Part shown: positions 38,571 to 51,170 of the stretch, one piece after another | How positions within the stretch are numbered: position 1 is the first letter of the stretch | How the letters are laid out: each line of letters opens with the position of its first letter | Source of the DNA: an uncultured Colwellia sp. | GTDB taxonomy: Bacteria > Pseudomonadota > Gammaproteobacteria > Enterobacterales > Alteromonadaceae | Direction of reading: 5' to 3' | Assembly: GCA_913058395.1 (NCBI GenBank) | Contig: CAJXQI010000002.1 | Coordinates: 1-64,000, forward strand | DNA: 64,000 bases | Translations under genes and position numbers: made by a program | The notes under the pieces: model-generated | Seen by the model: the letters and a program-made list of their open reading frames with translations, nothing else | What the model was told of the DNA's origin: nothing | The model's database searches: none

Positions 38571-40019
38571 CTATGCTAATGGCAGAGTTGGAACCTGGAT
38601 TTCAGCCATTTCTAACATCACACGAACAACCTGACAGCTGTAACCAAATTCGTTGTCATACCATACGTAAAGTACAGCACGATCACCGTCAACAATTGTT
38701 GCTTGTGAATCAACAACACCTGCGTAACGAGAGCCAACTAAATCAGAAGAAACAATTTCAGTAGACGCTGTGTAATCAACTTGGTTTTGTAATGCTGAGT
38801 TCAAAGAAATGTTACGAATGTAATCATTTAACGTATCTTTGTCAGTTGCTTTTTTCAAGTTCAAGTTCATGATTGCCATTGAAACGTTTGCAGTAGGAAC
38901 ACGAATCGCATTACCCGTTAATAAACCTTTCAATTCTGGTAATGCTTTCGCTACTGCTTTTGCAGCACCAGTAGTACTAATAACCATGTTTAATGGAGCA
39001 CTACGGCCACGACGCGGCGCTGGGTGGTAGTTATCAATTAAGTTTTGGTCATTTGTGTAAGAGTGAACTGTTTCAACGTGACCATTACGAATACCAAATT
39101 CATCATTCAATGCTTTTAGTACTGGTGTGATTGCGTTAGTTGTACAGCTTGCCGCTGAAACGATTTTGTCTTCAGATAAAATCATGTCTTGGTTTACGCC
39201 GTAAACGATATTTTTGATATCGCCTTTAGCTGGTGCTGTCAGTAATACTTTAGCAACGCCTTTAGATTGAAGATGTTGGCCTAAACCGTCTTCATCACTC
39301 CAGATGCCTGTGTTATCAACAACTAATGCGTTGTTAATGCCGTATGAAGTGTAATCAATATCAGCAGGAGATTTTGCATAAATTACTTGAATGAAAGCAC
39401 CGTTAGCTTTAATGACATTATTTTCTTCATCGATAGTAATACTACCGTTGAAAGCACCGTGAACAGAATCACGACGAAGTAAGCTAGCACGTTTGGCTAA
39501 GTCACCTTCTTTACCTGGACGAACAACAATCGCACGTAAATTTAATTTAGAGCTAGGACCCGCACGTTCAATTAATAAACGCGCTAATAAACGACCGATA
39601 CGACCAAAACCGTAAAGTACTACGTCTTTCGCTTCTTGCACATCGCTATCTTTAGCAATAGTGTTTAATTCTTTTTCTAAAAACTGTTCAATTGAAAGGC
39701 CATTTGCTTCGCCTTTAAATAAATAACGGTAAGCTAGTTTACCTACATCGATACGTGCAGGAGCTAGTGACATGCTAGCTAATGCTTGAACGAACGGGAA
39801 ACTTTCACGTAAACGTAATTTGTTTTCTTCGTGTAACGCTACTGATTTGTGCGCTTTAATAATGTCGATTGCAGAAGCATTTACTAGTGGGCGACCGTAA
39901 ATAGAAATTTCGATACCGTTATTTCTAAATAGTTGTCCGATGATCGGCTGCATGTTTTCAGCGAATGTTTGACGTTCTTGCCAGCTAGTTTGATATTGTT
40001 CCTCAAGATGAGAAGTCAT
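38571..40019 (-). CDS. glyceraldehyde-3-phosphate dehydrogenase-like protein, long form (482 aa) with N-terminal extension
   Basis: NGFGRIGR-type NAD-binding region; SAASCTTNAITPVLK catalytic Cys motif. Confidence 0.85.
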   Translation of the reverse strand: MTSHLEEQYQTSWQERQTFAENMQPIIGQLFRNNGIEISIYGRPLVNASAIDIIKAHKSVALHEENKLRLRESFPFVQALASMSLAPARIDVGKLAYRYLFKGEANGLSIEQFLEKELNTIAKDSDVQEAKDVVLYGFGRIGRLLARLLIERAGPSSKLNLRAIVVRPGKEGDLAKRASLLRRDSVHGAFNGSITIDEENNVIKANGAFIQVIYAKSPADIDYTSYGINNALVVDNTGIWSDEDGLGQHLQSKGVAKVLLTAPAKGDIKNIVYGVNQDMILSEDKIVSAASCTTNAITPVLKALNDEFGIRNGHVETVHSYTNDQNLIDNYHPAPRRGRSAPLNMVISTTGAAKAVAKALPELKGLLTGNAIRVPTANVSMAIMNLNLKKATDKDTLNDYIRNISLNSALQNQVDYTASTEIVSSDLVGSRYAGVVDSQATIVDGDRAVLYVWYDNEFGYSCQVVRVMLEMAEIQVPTLPLA

Positions 40020-40165
40020 TGCGTAAACCTTTTATTTCAGTCAATTGAACGATAGGTTATTATATTAATTAAAGGATATAATTACTAATAACTAAATGCG
40101 GCGCATATTGTAATCCAACATGGATTATTTCGCCACCAGTTACAAAAGTTTTCAGGGATATAATA

Positions 40166-40978
40166 GTGAAAAAGATGAAAATTATTAAATTTGTCACCAT
40201 TTTACCTTTTTTTACGTTAACGGCATGTGAACAAGGACCTAACTTTGCTGAGTTATGCGACCAACACGTGGAAATCTGTGAAGAGTTTCAAGAAGATACT
40301 TGGTGTAAGAAAGAACGTATTGCCGTTGGCTTTGCAAACTTGTCTCATAAGCTAAAAGCCAACGACAGTAACAAGTACCAACAACTTATTGCTTATGAAG
40401 GCTATGAAAAATGTATGGCCCATGCGGCTAAAATTGAGCATATAAAGCTTAAAGTCAAAAAAACTATTCGTACGAACAATGTTTTAAAGGCTAGAGATAA
40501 AATCAAAGAAATATCGTTAGCGACAGAAAAGTCTGAGCACCCTGATCTACTTTACTTTCATTGGTCACGTTATTTAAATGAAGCTTCTCTTAATAAATTT
40601 ATAGCCTTAGAAGGTAACGAATTATTAGAGCGCTCGAACAGACAAGTTAATTTAGCCAGTTACTATGCCAAACGTGACCCGACTAAAACGTTAAATTTGC
40701 TTTATCATGCTCTAGAGCTGTACCCGAGCGATGCCAAGCTAGATACTGAAATATTCAAATCTATCGCCAGTATTTTTGCTGATAAAAAAGAGTATAAACA
40801 AGTTTATATTTGGTCAAAAATATTACGTATGTATGATCCAAAAGATACTACGATTCATGACAGTACATTACAAAGTTATATAATCGGTTATGGGTTAGAT
40901 GCAGACTTTCTTAATAAAGTTGCTGATACTACCCTGAACAATATTACTGCGGGAACATTCACCCCTCCGCATACATAA
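40166..40978 (+). CDS. hypothetical lipoprotein
   Basis: Signal peptide with LTAC lipobox. Confidence 0.55.
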   Translation: MKKMKIIKFVTILPFFTLTACEQGPNFAELCDQHVEICEEFQEDTWCKKERIAVGFANLSHKLKANDSNKYQQLIAYEGYEKCMAHAAKIEHIKLKVKKTIRTNNVLKARDKIKEISLATEKSEHPDLLYFHWSRYLNEASLNKFIALEGNELLERSNRQVNLASYYAKRDPTKTLNLLYHALELYPSDAKLDTEIFKSIASIFADKKEYKQVYIWSKILRMYDPKDTTIHDSTLQSYIIGYGLDADFLNKVADTTLNNITAGTFTPPHT

Positions 40979-41068
40979 GCCATACAAATCAATATATTGA
41001 CCAACAAACAACAAAAAGGCAGCCGTAGCTGCCTTTTTCTTAAATGGTTTTCGAGTTAGGTTAGTTAT

Positions 41069-42610
41069 CTAACCTACTTCATTTATATCACGAGTGTTGC
41101 TTGACCAAGAAACATGGAATTTTTTGCCTGCTGGCTTATCTACACGTTCAAAAGTGTGCGCGCCAAAAAAGTCTCGTTGCCCTTGTAATAAGTTCGCAGG
41201 TAATACCGCACAACGCATCGAGTCGTAATACGATAACGCTGAAGATATAGCGCCTGTTGGAATACCCATTAAGGCAGAGTTTGCTACTGCTTTACGCCAG
41301 TTTAATTGATGCTTACATAATTGTTCAGCAAAAAATTCATCCAGTAATAAGTTGTCAAGTTCAGGATTACGTTCAAACGCTTGCGTAATTGACTGTAAAA
41401 ATACCGCGCGAATAATACAACCTGCACGCCAAATTTTAGCAATGCTAGCAAAGTCTAGCTGCCAGTTATGCTCCTTTTCCGCCAATTTCATTAATTGAAA
41501 ACCTTGTGCATAGGCACAAATTTTCGCACAGTAAATAGCGTCTTGTAATTGGTCAATAAAGTCAGTTTTTTCTTGTTCAGTAAAGCTTTGTGCGTCAGGA
41601 CCAGACAATACCGTTGAGGCATGAACACGTAAATCTTTAAATGACGAAATAGAACGAGCATAAACCGCTTGTGCAATAGTTGGTGCTGGCGTGCCTAATT
41701 CTAAACTGCTCATGGCAGTCCATAATCCAGTACCTTTTTGCCCTGCTTTATCTAAAATCAGGTCAACCAATGGTGTATTATCATCGCCAACTTGATGACG
41801 TAATACTTCTACTGATATTTCCATTAAATAGCTGTCTAATGGACCGTTGTTCCACTGTTCGAAAATATCCGCAATTTCTAAACTACTTAAACCTAATCCG
41901 TCGCGTAGCATTTGATATGCTTCACAAATAATTTGCATATCAGCATATTCAATACCGTTGTGAACCATTTTCACATAGTGACCAGCACCCGCTGGACCAA
42001 TATAGGCAGCACATGGCTCGCCTTCAGTAACCACATCACCTGGCTTAGTACGCTCAATTGGTTTACCTGTTTTTGCATCTACTTTTGCGGCAATAGCCTG
42101 CCAAATGGGTTTTATTCTTGTCCACGCATAAGGTGAGCCGCTTGGCATTAGCGCTGGGCCAAAACGTGCTCCAACTTCGCCGCCAGATACCGCTGAAGAG
42201 AAAAGAATAAAATTGTTTTTGTACTTTTTCTCACGTGCAACAGTATCGACCCACAAGCTGTTACCGGTGTCGATAACAATGTCGTCTGGCTGAATACCTG
42301 CACCGATCAAATTTTCACATACTTGGTCAACAGGTGCGCCGGCAGGAACAGATAAAACAATTAAGTGTGGCGGCTTTAAGCACGACAATAATTCTGTATA
42401 AGAAGAGCAACCCACTACACGTGCGGTTGATGAGCCACTTTCCGCTTTATCTTGCGCGATAGCATCTTCTACTTTAGCAATATCAAGATCAAACGCTGCA
42501 ATACTAAAACCATTGTCAGCCAAATTAAGCACAAGGTTCTTGCCCATGACGCCTAAACCGATAAATCCAATGTCACATAAATTGTTGTTCTGTGTCATAA
42601 AAAAATCCAC
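41069..42610 (-). CDS. gnd: 6-phosphogluconate dehydrogenase (decarboxylating); the true start may be the internal Met at 42598
   Basis: IGFIGLGVMGKNLVLN NADP-binding motif and full-length Gnd similarity. Confidence 0.9.
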   Translation of the reverse strand: MDFFMTQNNNLCDIGFIGLGVMGKNLVLNLADNGFSIAAFDLDIAKVEDAIAQDKAESGSSTARVVGCSSYTELLSCLKPPHLIVLSVPAGAPVDQVCENLIGAGIQPDDIVIDTGNSLWVDTVAREKKYKNNFILFSSAVSGGEVGARFGPALMPSGSPYAWTRIKPIWQAIAAKVDAKTGKPIERTKPGDVVTEGEPCAAYIGPAGAGHYVKMVHNGIEYADMQIICEAYQMLRDGLGLSSLEIADIFEQWNNGPLDSYLMEISVEVLRHQVGDDNTPLVDLILDKAGQKGTGLWTAMSSLELGTPAPTIAQAVYARSISSFKDLRVHASTVLSGPDAQSFTEQEKTDFIDQLQDAIYCAKICAYAQGFQLMKLAEKEHNWQLDFASIAKIWRAGCIIRAVFLQSITQAFERNPELDNLLLDEFFAEQLCKHQLNWRKAVANSALMGIPTGAISSALSYYDSMRCAVLPANLLQGQRDFFGAHTFERVDKPAGKKFHVSWSSNTRDINEVG

Positions 42611-42806
42611 ATTATAAAGAGGGAGAGTGCAGATAGTTCCGCTTTATTAAAGCGAATAAATGCATATATAAAACGCCTAGTATACCGACATTTTAAGCTA
42701 AAGAGTTTAATAGGCGGTATTTTAGTAACAATACGCAATAAAACAAGTATTAAATCAACATTTATTCTCTTATGTCGATTTATTACTTGTAATTTACGAG
42801 AAATGA

Positions 42807-42821
42807 TGTAATTTTACTACA
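42807..42821. promoter_or_regulatory. HexR operator candidate (TGTA-N7-TACA) upstream of gapA
   Basis: TGTAATTTTACTACA palindrome 17 nt upstream of the gapA start. Confidence 0.4.
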
Positions 42822-42834
42822 TAATTATATTTGA

Positions 42835-43842
<1,008 letters not shown>

Positions 43843-44253
43843 TTGTTATATAACGATAAATGCTAGTAAGGATCACGAAAAGCCAGATTAACGTCTGGCT
43901 TTTTTATATCCAATCTTTTCGTACAAGCGTTAAGTGCCAAGTTTATATGAAAGCCACAAGCTCATGCACTAACTTATAAGTTTTCAGATGGACTAGATTA
44001 ACAGATTTTAACCACTACAATTGACTTGTAACCATCAGTTTAAGAGCTATATCTAGCTCTGAATGAAAGAAAGAAAACAACAAAAGTTAAACGCTAAATT
44101 TCATAATGGTTCAAATAAAACCAACTACCTTAGTATCACCTAGCCCTAGAACCATTAAATTACAGGCATAAAAAATCAGGCAACAGCCTGATTTTTATTA
44201 ATTATATGTCATGAATTGCCAAGTAATGATACTCGACAATCACATCATGACAA

Positions 44254-44901
44254 TTATTTTACGTGGTTTAGCACTTGTTTAGCTAAACGAGTGACTTCTT
44301 GCCAGTTGCCATTTTGAACAATTTCATCCGACACAAGCCATGAACCACCACAACAAGCTACGTTCGGCAATGCTAAATAATCACGAACGTTATTTAGGTT
44401 GATACCACCTGTTGGACAAAATTTAATGTCTGGGAATGGCCCGCCAATAGATTGAATAGCCTTTACACCACCAGAAGCTTCCGCAGGGAAAAACTTCAAA
44501 TGATCGTAACCACAATCAATACCGTCCATTAATTCTGAAATAGATGAAATACCAGGGATCAAAGCAGTATTGCCCTCTTTACCCGCTTGTAATAAATCTT
44601 TCGTTAAACCCGGACTAATAGCAAATTTAGCACCTGCATCCGCTGAACGTTGCAGTAATTCTCTGTTAGTCACTGTACCTGCACCTACAACGGCTTCTGG
44701 AAGGTGTTTAGCAATAGTGCTAATAACTTCAAGTGCGGCTGGTGTGCGTAAAGTTACTTCTAATACTTTAATGTCTGCTGCTAATAAAGCTTCTGCGATT
44801 GGCAGAGCATCTTTAACATCTTTAATCACCAACACTGGTACAATTGGACCCATGGCAAAAAGATCGCTTGGCTGTACTTGCCAATTATTTGATAACGTCA
44901 T
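44254..44901 (-). CDS. eda: KDPG/KHG aldolase
   Basis: Full-length Eda similarity; Schiff-base lysine region; last gene of the ED operon. Confidence 0.9.
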   Translation of the reverse strand: MTLSNNWQVQPSDLFAMGPIVPVLVIKDVKDALPIAEALLAADIKVLEVTLRTPAALEVISTIAKHLPEAVVGAGTVTNRELLQRSADAGAKFAISPGLTKDLLQAGKEGNTALIPGISSISELMDGIDCGYDHLKFFPAEASGGVKAIQSIGGPFPDIKFCPTGGINLNNVRDYLALPNVACCGGSWLVSDEIVQNGNWQEVTRLAKQVLNHVK

Positions 44902-44909
44902 ATTCCCTC

Positions 44910-45908
44910 TTAATACTCTTTAGTGCTAGTTGTAATGTTTTCAACTGAATTTAGTTGTCTAAGATACGCTGCAGCGCCCATTAACCCTGGTTGTTCTTCG
45001 GTAACAACAAAAGTGGCTATTGGCTGATTAAAACCTGACATGCGCCCTTTAGCTTCAAATCTTGTTCTAAAGTCACTGTTTTCGAAATATTCAATAAAGC
45101 GTGGAACAATGCCTCCAGCAATGTACACACCACCGTAGCTACCTAGTGTTAATGCTAGGTTACCGGCAAAACTTCCTAATACTCGACAAAATTGTGCAAT
45201 AGTTTCAGCGCATAATTCACAAGTATTGGCTAAACCTCTAGCGGTGATCTCTTTTGCTGGTAATTCTGATGCCACGCCATTTTTGATAAAGCTGAGTGCC
45301 TGATAAATTTGTTCTAAACCTAAGCCAGAAAGCAATTGCTCGTAAGAAACACGAGCGTACTTTGTATTTAAGAAATTTAAAATTTCCGCCTCTTGTTGAT
45401 CAACTGGAGCAAAGTCTACATGTCCACCTTCACCACTTAGACTAAGCCAGCCGTGGTTCAATGCCACTAAATTTGCCACGCCTAAGCCAGTACCTGGACC
45501 ACAAATTGAAATAGGTTTATCAGCAATAACCTCACCAATACCAATTTGTACTTTTTGGCTATCAGTTAACTGTGGGATAGCATGAGCAATGGCGGTAAAG
45601 TCATTAATCAAAACGAGTTCATGCAGTTGTAATTGTGCTTTTAATGCTTGCTGAGAAAATTGCCACGGTAAATTCGTCATGACGATTAAATCTTTATCAA
45701 CGGGACAAGCAATGGCTAAACAAGCAGATATATCTTTATTATGAAGTTGGTGCTTTTCAATAAAATTATTTAACACTTCTGCCAAGCCTGCGTAGTCAGC
45801 ACAAGCGTAAATCTCTATTGCTGAAATATCACCATGCTCACCTGCAATGGCAACTCGCATATTGGTACCACCAATATCAGCAATTATATTGACGTTATTA
45901 TTTAACAT
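44910..45908 (-). CDS. glk: glucokinase
   Basis: IIADIGGTNMRVAI N-terminal ATPase motif. Confidence 0.9.
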   Translation of the reverse strand: MLNNNVNIIADIGGTNMRVAIAGEHGDISAIEIYACADYAGLAEVLNNFIEKHQLHNKDISACLAIACPVDKDLIVMTNLPWQFSQQALKAQLQLHELVLINDFTAIAHAIPQLTDSQKVQIGIGEVIADKPISICGPGTGLGVANLVALNHGWLSLSGEGGHVDFAPVDQQEAEILNFLNTKYARVSYEQLLSGLGLEQIYQALSFIKNGVASELPAKEITARGLANTCELCAETIAQFCRVLGSFAGNLALTLGSYGGVYIAGGIVPRFIEYFENSDFRTRFEAKGRMSGFNQPIATFVVTEEQPGLMGAAAYLRQLNSVENITTSTKEY

Positions 45909-45910
45909 CG

Positions 45911-47755
45911 CTACACCCCACCTTCAGTACCATCGTCAGCATGATCAGAAAATAATGAACAGGCTCCCGTTTCTGCTGAGCTAAGATTACGTCGCATAAA
46001 GCCAAATAATTCACGACCCATCCCTTGATGATGGCCGTTTACTTGAAACTTAGCATTTTCACGTTGTGTTAATTCACTATCATCAACTAATAACGTTAAC
46101 TCACCGCTTTCGCCGTCAAGTAGTATCATATCGCCAGTGTGTATTTTTGCGATCAAACCACCATCTAAAGCTTCAGGGCACAAATGAATTGCCGCAGGCA
46201 CTTTGCCTGATGCACCAGACATTCTTCCATCAGTCACTAAAGCAACTTTAAAACCTTTGTCTTGTAATACGCCTAATGGCGGCGTTAACTTGTGTAGTTC
46301 AGGCATACCACGCGCTTTTGGCCCTTGAAAACGAACCACTGCGATAAAGTCTTTTTCTAATTCACCGGCATGAAATGCTTCTTCAAGTTCATGTTGGTCT
46401 TCAAATACTACTGCAGGAGCCTTAATAACAAAACTGCCTTCGCGTAGTGATGATGTTTTCAAAACTGAAACACCTAAGTTACCTTTTAATACTTTTAAAC
46501 CACCATCAGCTTTAAACGGTTTATCAGCGGTAGTGATAACTTCAACATCACCAGACGTTGTAGCACCATCAACCCATTTCAATTCACCATTTTCGAGAAC
46601 AGGTTTTTGCGTATAGCGCGTTAAACCTCGGCCACAAATTGTCTCAACATCTTCATGCACTAAACCGGCTGCAATTAACTCTTTAAACAACAATGCCATA
46701 CCACCCGCTTCTTGGAAGTGGTTAATATCAGCGTGACCATTTGGATAAATACGGGTTAATAACGGTACTGAGTCAGATAAATCATTAAAATCTTGAAAGT
46801 TAACAATGATACCGGCAGCTTTAGCGAAGGCGATAATATGCATGGTTAAATTCGTTGAGCCACCAGTTGCTAACAGCGCAACAATAGCATTGACGATTGA
46901 GCGTTCATCAACCATTTTACCAACAGGGGTATAATTACCTGACTGTTGCGTTAAGCGAGTTACTTGACGAGCCGCTGCTTTGGTTAGCTCTTCACGTAAT
47001 TGGGTATTAGGTGCAACAAATGATGCGCCTGGTAAATGCAGCCCCATCACTTCAACCACTAATTGGTTCGAGTTAGCAGTACCGAAGAAAGTACAAGTGC
47101 CCGCACTGTGATATGAGGCAGATTCGGCTTCTAATAACTCATCTTCACCAATTTCACCATTAGCGAACTGTTGGCGAACACGAGCTTTTTCTTTATTTGG
47201 AATACCTGATGGCATTGGACCAGCAGGAACAAAAACCGTAGGTAAATGACCGAATGTCATACTTGCTATCATTAAGCCTGGGACGATTTTGTCACAGATA
47301 CCTAACATCAATGCGCCATCGAACATATTGTGCGACAAGGCTACAGCGCTCGACATTGCGATAACATCGCGACTCATCAAGCTTAAATCCATGCCTGGTT
47401 GACCTTGTGTTACGCCATCACACATGGCCGGAACACCACCTGCAAATTGCGCAACACCACCAGTATCTCTAACGGCAGCTTTAATAATATCCGGATAGGT
47501 TTGGTAAGGTTGATGCGCTGAAAGCATATCGTTATATGCAGAAATAATTGCAACATCAGAGTGATTTACGCCACGTAAGGTTGCTTTATCGTCTTTACCA
47601 CAGGCCGCGAAGCCGTGTGCTAAGTTGCCACATGATAAACTTGCACGATGCACCGTAGTTGATTTCGCAGCTGAAATTTTATCTAGGTACGCTTTACGTG
47701 TGTCTTTACTTCTATCAATGATCCGCTGAGTGATCTGTAATATTTCTTTTTTCAT
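45911..47755 (-). CDS. edd: phosphogluconate dehydratase
   Basis: ILVD/EDD family; [16 protein letters not shown] motif. Confidence 0.95.
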   Translation of the reverse strand: MKKEILQITQRIIDRSKDTRKAYLDKISAAKSTTVHRASLSCGNLAHGFAACGKDDKATLRGVNHSDVAIISAYNDMLSAHQPYQTYPDIIKAAVRDTGGVAQFAGGVPAMCDGVTQGQPGMDLSLMSRDVIAMSSAVALSHNMFDGALMLGICDKIVPGLMIASMTFGHLPTVFVPAGPMPSGIPNKEKARVRQQFANGEIGEDELLEAESASYHSAGTCTFFGTANSNQLVVEVMGLHLPGASFVAPNTQLREELTKAAARQVTRLTQQSGNYTPVGKMVDERSIVNAIVALLATGGSTNLTMHIIAFAKAAGIIVNFQDFNDLSDSVPLLTRIYPNGHADINHFQEAGGMALLFKELIAAGLVHEDVETICGRGLTRYTQKPVLENGELKWVDGATTSGDVEVITTADKPFKADGGLKVLKGNLGVSVLKTSSLREGSFVIKAPAVVFEDQHELEEAFHAGELEKDFIAVVRFQGPKARGMPELHKLTPPLGVLQDKGFKVALVTDGRMSGASGKVPAAIHLCPEALDGGLIAKIHTGDMILLDGESGELTLLVDDSELTQRENAKFQVNGHHQGMGRELFGFMRRNLSSAETGACSLFSDHADDGTEGGV

Positions 47756-47758
47756 AAT

Positions 47759-48463
47759 TTACTCGGCCCAATAAACTTGTGTATTAACATCTGCGGCGTG
47801 TAAAAAAGCTCTGATAGGCATTTCTTTAACATCTTGCCCGGCGATGGCTTTTGCCAGTACCTGCTTTTTACTATTGCCACTGATATGTAAAATTGTATTT
47901 TCGCTTTGCACTAAAGCAGCAAAACTAAAAGTAATGCGCTGATGTGGCGCCGTTTTTGGCACAACTTTTAATAGTGCTGAGCTATCAAGTGATAAGCATT
48001 CATTAATTTCATCACTACATGGGAATAAAGAGGCGGTATGACCATCTTCACCCATGCCAAGAATAAGCACGTCTAACGGTAATAACTGTTGCTTTGCCGC
48101 TATGTTTAGGTCTGCCAAAGTGTCATTCGTTAATGCATCACCTTGCTTTAAATGAAAAAACTTTGCTTTCACTGCTTCATTTTGTAGCAAATTTTCATGC
48201 ACTAACTTGGTATTACTATCATTAGAGTCAATATCAACCCAACGTTCGTCAGCAAGCGTTATGGTGATTGATTGCCAAGGCAAAGCCTTTTTTGATAAAG
48301 AGTTAAAAAAACCTTTTGGTGTTGAACCGCCTGACACCGCAATACTTGCTTTACCTTTTTGCTTAACAGCACTAGCAAGGATGTTAGCAACATTGTCTGC
48401 CAATGTTTCATCAAGTAAGTGACGTTGTTCGAACTCATTAATTTGATACATTATTCTACCCAC
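47759..48463 (-). CDS. pgl: 6-phosphogluconolactonase
   Basis: AVSGGSTPKGFF motif. Confidence 0.9.
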   Translation of the reverse strand: MGRIMYQINEFEQRHLLDETLADNVANILASAVKQKGKASIAVSGGSTPKGFFNSLSKKALPWQSITITLADERWVDIDSNDSNTKLVHENLLQNEAVKAKFFHLKQGDALTNDTLADLNIAAKQQLLPLDVLILGMGEDGHTASLFPCSDEINECLSLDSSALLKVVPKTAPHQRITFSFAALVQSENTILHISGNSKKQVLAKAIAGQDVKEMPIRAFLHAADVNTQVYWAE

Positions 48464-49920
48464 TGTCGATCATCACGTGCAATTAAAGAGATAGAGGAAA
48501 CTGGTCCCCATGATCCTGCCGCATAAGGTTTAGGCGCTTCATTGGTTGACTGCCACGCAGTAATAATGCCGTCAGCCCACTGCCATGCGGCTTCAACTTC
48601 ATCACGACGAACAAACAATGATTGATTACCATTAACCACTTCTAGTAGTAATCGTTCATAAGCGTCAACAACGCGTTGATTGTCGTAAGTTTTAGAAAAA
48701 CTTAAATCTAACTTGTTTTCGTGAATTTGCATTTGCGAGGCAATACCAGGAATTTTATTCATCATCTCTAATTCAACGCCTTCATCAGGTTGTAGTCGAA
48801 TGGTTAATTTATTTGATGGTAAATCGGCATAGCTTTCACTGAAAATATTGTGTGGCTGCTGTTTAAAATGCACCACAATTTCACTGTGTTTTTTCGGCAT
48901 ACGTTTACCAGTGCGTAAATAAAATGGTACCCCTGCCCAACGCCAGTTATCAATTTCAGCTTTTATTGCCACAAAGGTTTCAGTGCCACTATTGGCATTT
49001 GCACCTTCTTCGTTTAAATAACCCGGCACGGCTAAACCATTAAGGTAACCATCGGCATACTGTCCGCGCACTGTTTTATCTTTCACATTTTGGCGAGTGA
49101 TAGGTTTTAATGCTTTGATCACCTTTAATTTTTCATCACGCACACTATCAGCACTTAAGTCAGCTGGTGGCTCCATGGCTAACAGTGAAAGAATTTGTAG
49201 CAAATGATTTTGCACCATATCGCGCATTTGTCCGGCTTCATCATAAAAGCCCCAGCGGCCTTCAATGCCAACGCTTTCTGCAACCGTAATTTGTACATGA
49301 TCAATACTGTTACGGTCCCAATTATTAATAAATAATGAATTGGCAAAACGTAATACTAATAGGTTTAGAACGGTTTCTTTTCCTAAATAGTGATCAATAC
49401 GATAGATTTGGTTTTCGTTAAAGTATTGAGAAACTTGGTCGTTAATCACTTTTGATGATTCTAGACAGTGCCCAATTGGCTTTTCCATGACAACGCGGTC
49501 GTTATCTCTTATGAGCTTGGCCGATTTTAAGCCTTCACTGATATCGCCATATATAGCTGGAGGAGTCGAAAAGTAATAAACACGAGGCGTTTTTTCAGAT
49601 GATAATGTTGTTGCTAGCCCACTATAAGCGGCAATATTTTTAAAGTCGAGTTGTTGATAAACTAAACGGGCTAAAAATTTAGTCACTGCATTCACATCTA
49701 AAGCTTCAGGGATAAACTCATTTAAACCATCGTTTATCTGTTGGGTAAACTGCTCTAGCGTAATGTCATCTCGCGCAACACCAACAATAAGAGTCTCATC
49801 ACCTAACAAACCTGCTAACTCTAGTTGATATAAAGAAGGCAAAAGTTTACGGCGTGATAAATCCCCGAGGGCTCCAAAAATAACAATTTCACTAGCAGCT
49901 TGGCAATCGCTGTTATTCAT
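48451..49920 (-). CDS. zwf: glucose-6-phosphate 1-dehydrogenase
   Basis: RIDHYLGKE active-site motif. Confidence 0.95.
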   Translation of the reverse strand: MNNSDCQAASEIVIFGALGDLSRRKLLPSLYQLELAGLLGDETLIVGVARDDITLEQFTQQINDGLNEFIPEALDVNAVTKFLARLVYQQLDFKNIAAYSGLATTLSSEKTPRVYYFSTPPAIYGDISEGLKSAKLIRDNDRVVMEKPIGHCLESSKVINDQVSQYFNENQIYRIDHYLGKETVLNLLVLRFANSLFINNWDRNSIDHVQITVAESVGIEGRWGFYDEAGQMRDMVQNHLLQILSLLAMEPPADLSADSVRDEKLKVIKALKPITRQNVKDKTVRGQYADGYLNGLAVPGYLNEEGANANSGTETFVAIKAEIDNWRWAGVPFYLRTGKRMPKKHSEIVVHFKQQPHNIFSESYADLPSNKLTIRLQPDEGVELEMMNKIPGIASQMQIHENKLDLSFSKTYDNQRVVDAYERLLLEVVNGNQSLFVRRDEVEAAWQWADGIITAWQSTNEAPKPYAAGSWGPVSSISLIARDDRQWVE

Positions 49921-49957
49921 ATCTTATCTACTCAATTATTTTATATATTAGTTTCAG

Positions 49958-49972
49958 TGTAACTAAACTACA
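49958..49972. promoter_or_regulatory. HexR operator candidate 1 in the zwf-hexR intergenic region (TGTAACTAAACTACA)
   Basis: TGTA-N7-TACA palindrome. Confidence 0.4.
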
Positions 49973-50018
49973 TTTAAGGCTAATTTATCTGCTATAGCAG
50001 CATCAGTAAAGTACTTTC

Positions 50019-50033
50019 TGTAATATTACTACA
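50019..50033. promoter_or_regulatory. HexR operator candidate 2 in the zwf-hexR intergenic region (TGTAATATTACTACA)
   Basis: TGTA-N7-TACA palindrome. Confidence 0.4.
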
Positions 50034-50246
50034 TTTAATGCAAATTAATTAAAAACAGTACCTGTGAGGCAACTTTATGGTAAAAATGCATTAAAGGTTT
50101 GCAAAATTCGCCCCTTTTGATTTATATTAGCGTAAAAGTGAAATAAATTTTCACAATTCCTGTATCTTTACAGAAAATAAATTACAGCATTCTTTAATTT
50201 GATACCAACAGATATCAATTAAGCAATGTACTAGGGCTTAAACGTA

Positions 50247-51095
50247 ATGAATATATTAGAAAAGATCACCAACGAGTTAGATACCTTCAGCAAATCTGAA
50301 CGTAAGGTGGCTGAAGTTATATTATCATCACCTGGAACCGTGATTCACGCTAGCATCGCTGCATTGGCTAAACAAGCCAATATTAGCGAGCCTACGGTAA
50401 ACCGCTTTTGTCGACGTCTTGATACTAAGGGCTACCCTGACTTTAAATTGCACCTTGCGCAAAGTTTAGCTAACGGTACACCTTATGTTAATCGTCATGT
50501 TGATGAAAATGATTCGGCTGAAGAATATACAGCAAAAATTTTCGAATCTACTATGGCTAACTTAGAGCTTGCGCGTAAAAGTTTAGACACCTCTACGATT
50601 AATCGTTCAGTCGACTTATTAACTCAAGCAAATAAAATTTCATTCTTTGGTTTAGGTGCTTCTGCTGTGGTTGCCCATGATGCGCAAAACAAGTTTTTCC
50701 GCTTCAATGTTCCTGTGGTTTATTTCGATGACATATTAATGCAACGTATGAGTGCTATAAATAGCCGACAAGGTGATGTTGTTGTTGTTATATCGCATAC
50801 AGGTAGAACAAAGTCGCTGGTTGATGTTGCTAGCTTAGCTCGTGAAAATGATGCCACTGTTATTGGTATCACTACAGCAGGTACACCATTGGCTAAGGAG
50901 TGTAATATCGTACTTTCCGTTGAAGTGGCTGAAGATACTGACTTATATATGCCAATGGCATCACGTATTGCACAACTAACGTTAATCGATTGTTTAGCGA
51001 CTGGTTTTACGCTACGCCGAGGAACTAAATTTAGAGATAACCTGAAAAAAGTGAAAGACAGTTTACGTAGCTCTCGCTTTGAAAGAAAAGATTAA
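50247..51095 (+). CDS. hexR: RpiR/HexR-family transcriptional regulator of central carbon metabolism
   Basis: N-terminal HTH (RpiR) plus SIS domain; divergent from zwf. Confidence 0.9.
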   Translation: MNILEKITNELDTFSKSERKVAEVILSSPGTVIHASIAALAKQANISEPTVNRFCRRLDTKGYPDFKLHLAQSLANGTPYVNRHVDENDSAEEYTAKIFESTMANLELARKSLDTSTINRSVDLLTQANKISFFGLGASAVVAHDAQNKFFRFNVPVVYFDDILMQRMSAINSRQGDVVVVISHTGRTKSLVDVASLARENDATVIGITTAGTPLAKECNIVLSVEVAEDTDLYMPMASRIAQLTLIDCLATGFTLRRGTKFRDNLKKVKDSLRSSRFERKD

Positions 51096-51170
51096 ATACA
51101 GGCATTGGTTAAAGGCCAACAGCCAATTAGATACATAACATAGATAAACTGAATAAATTTAAGGATTACA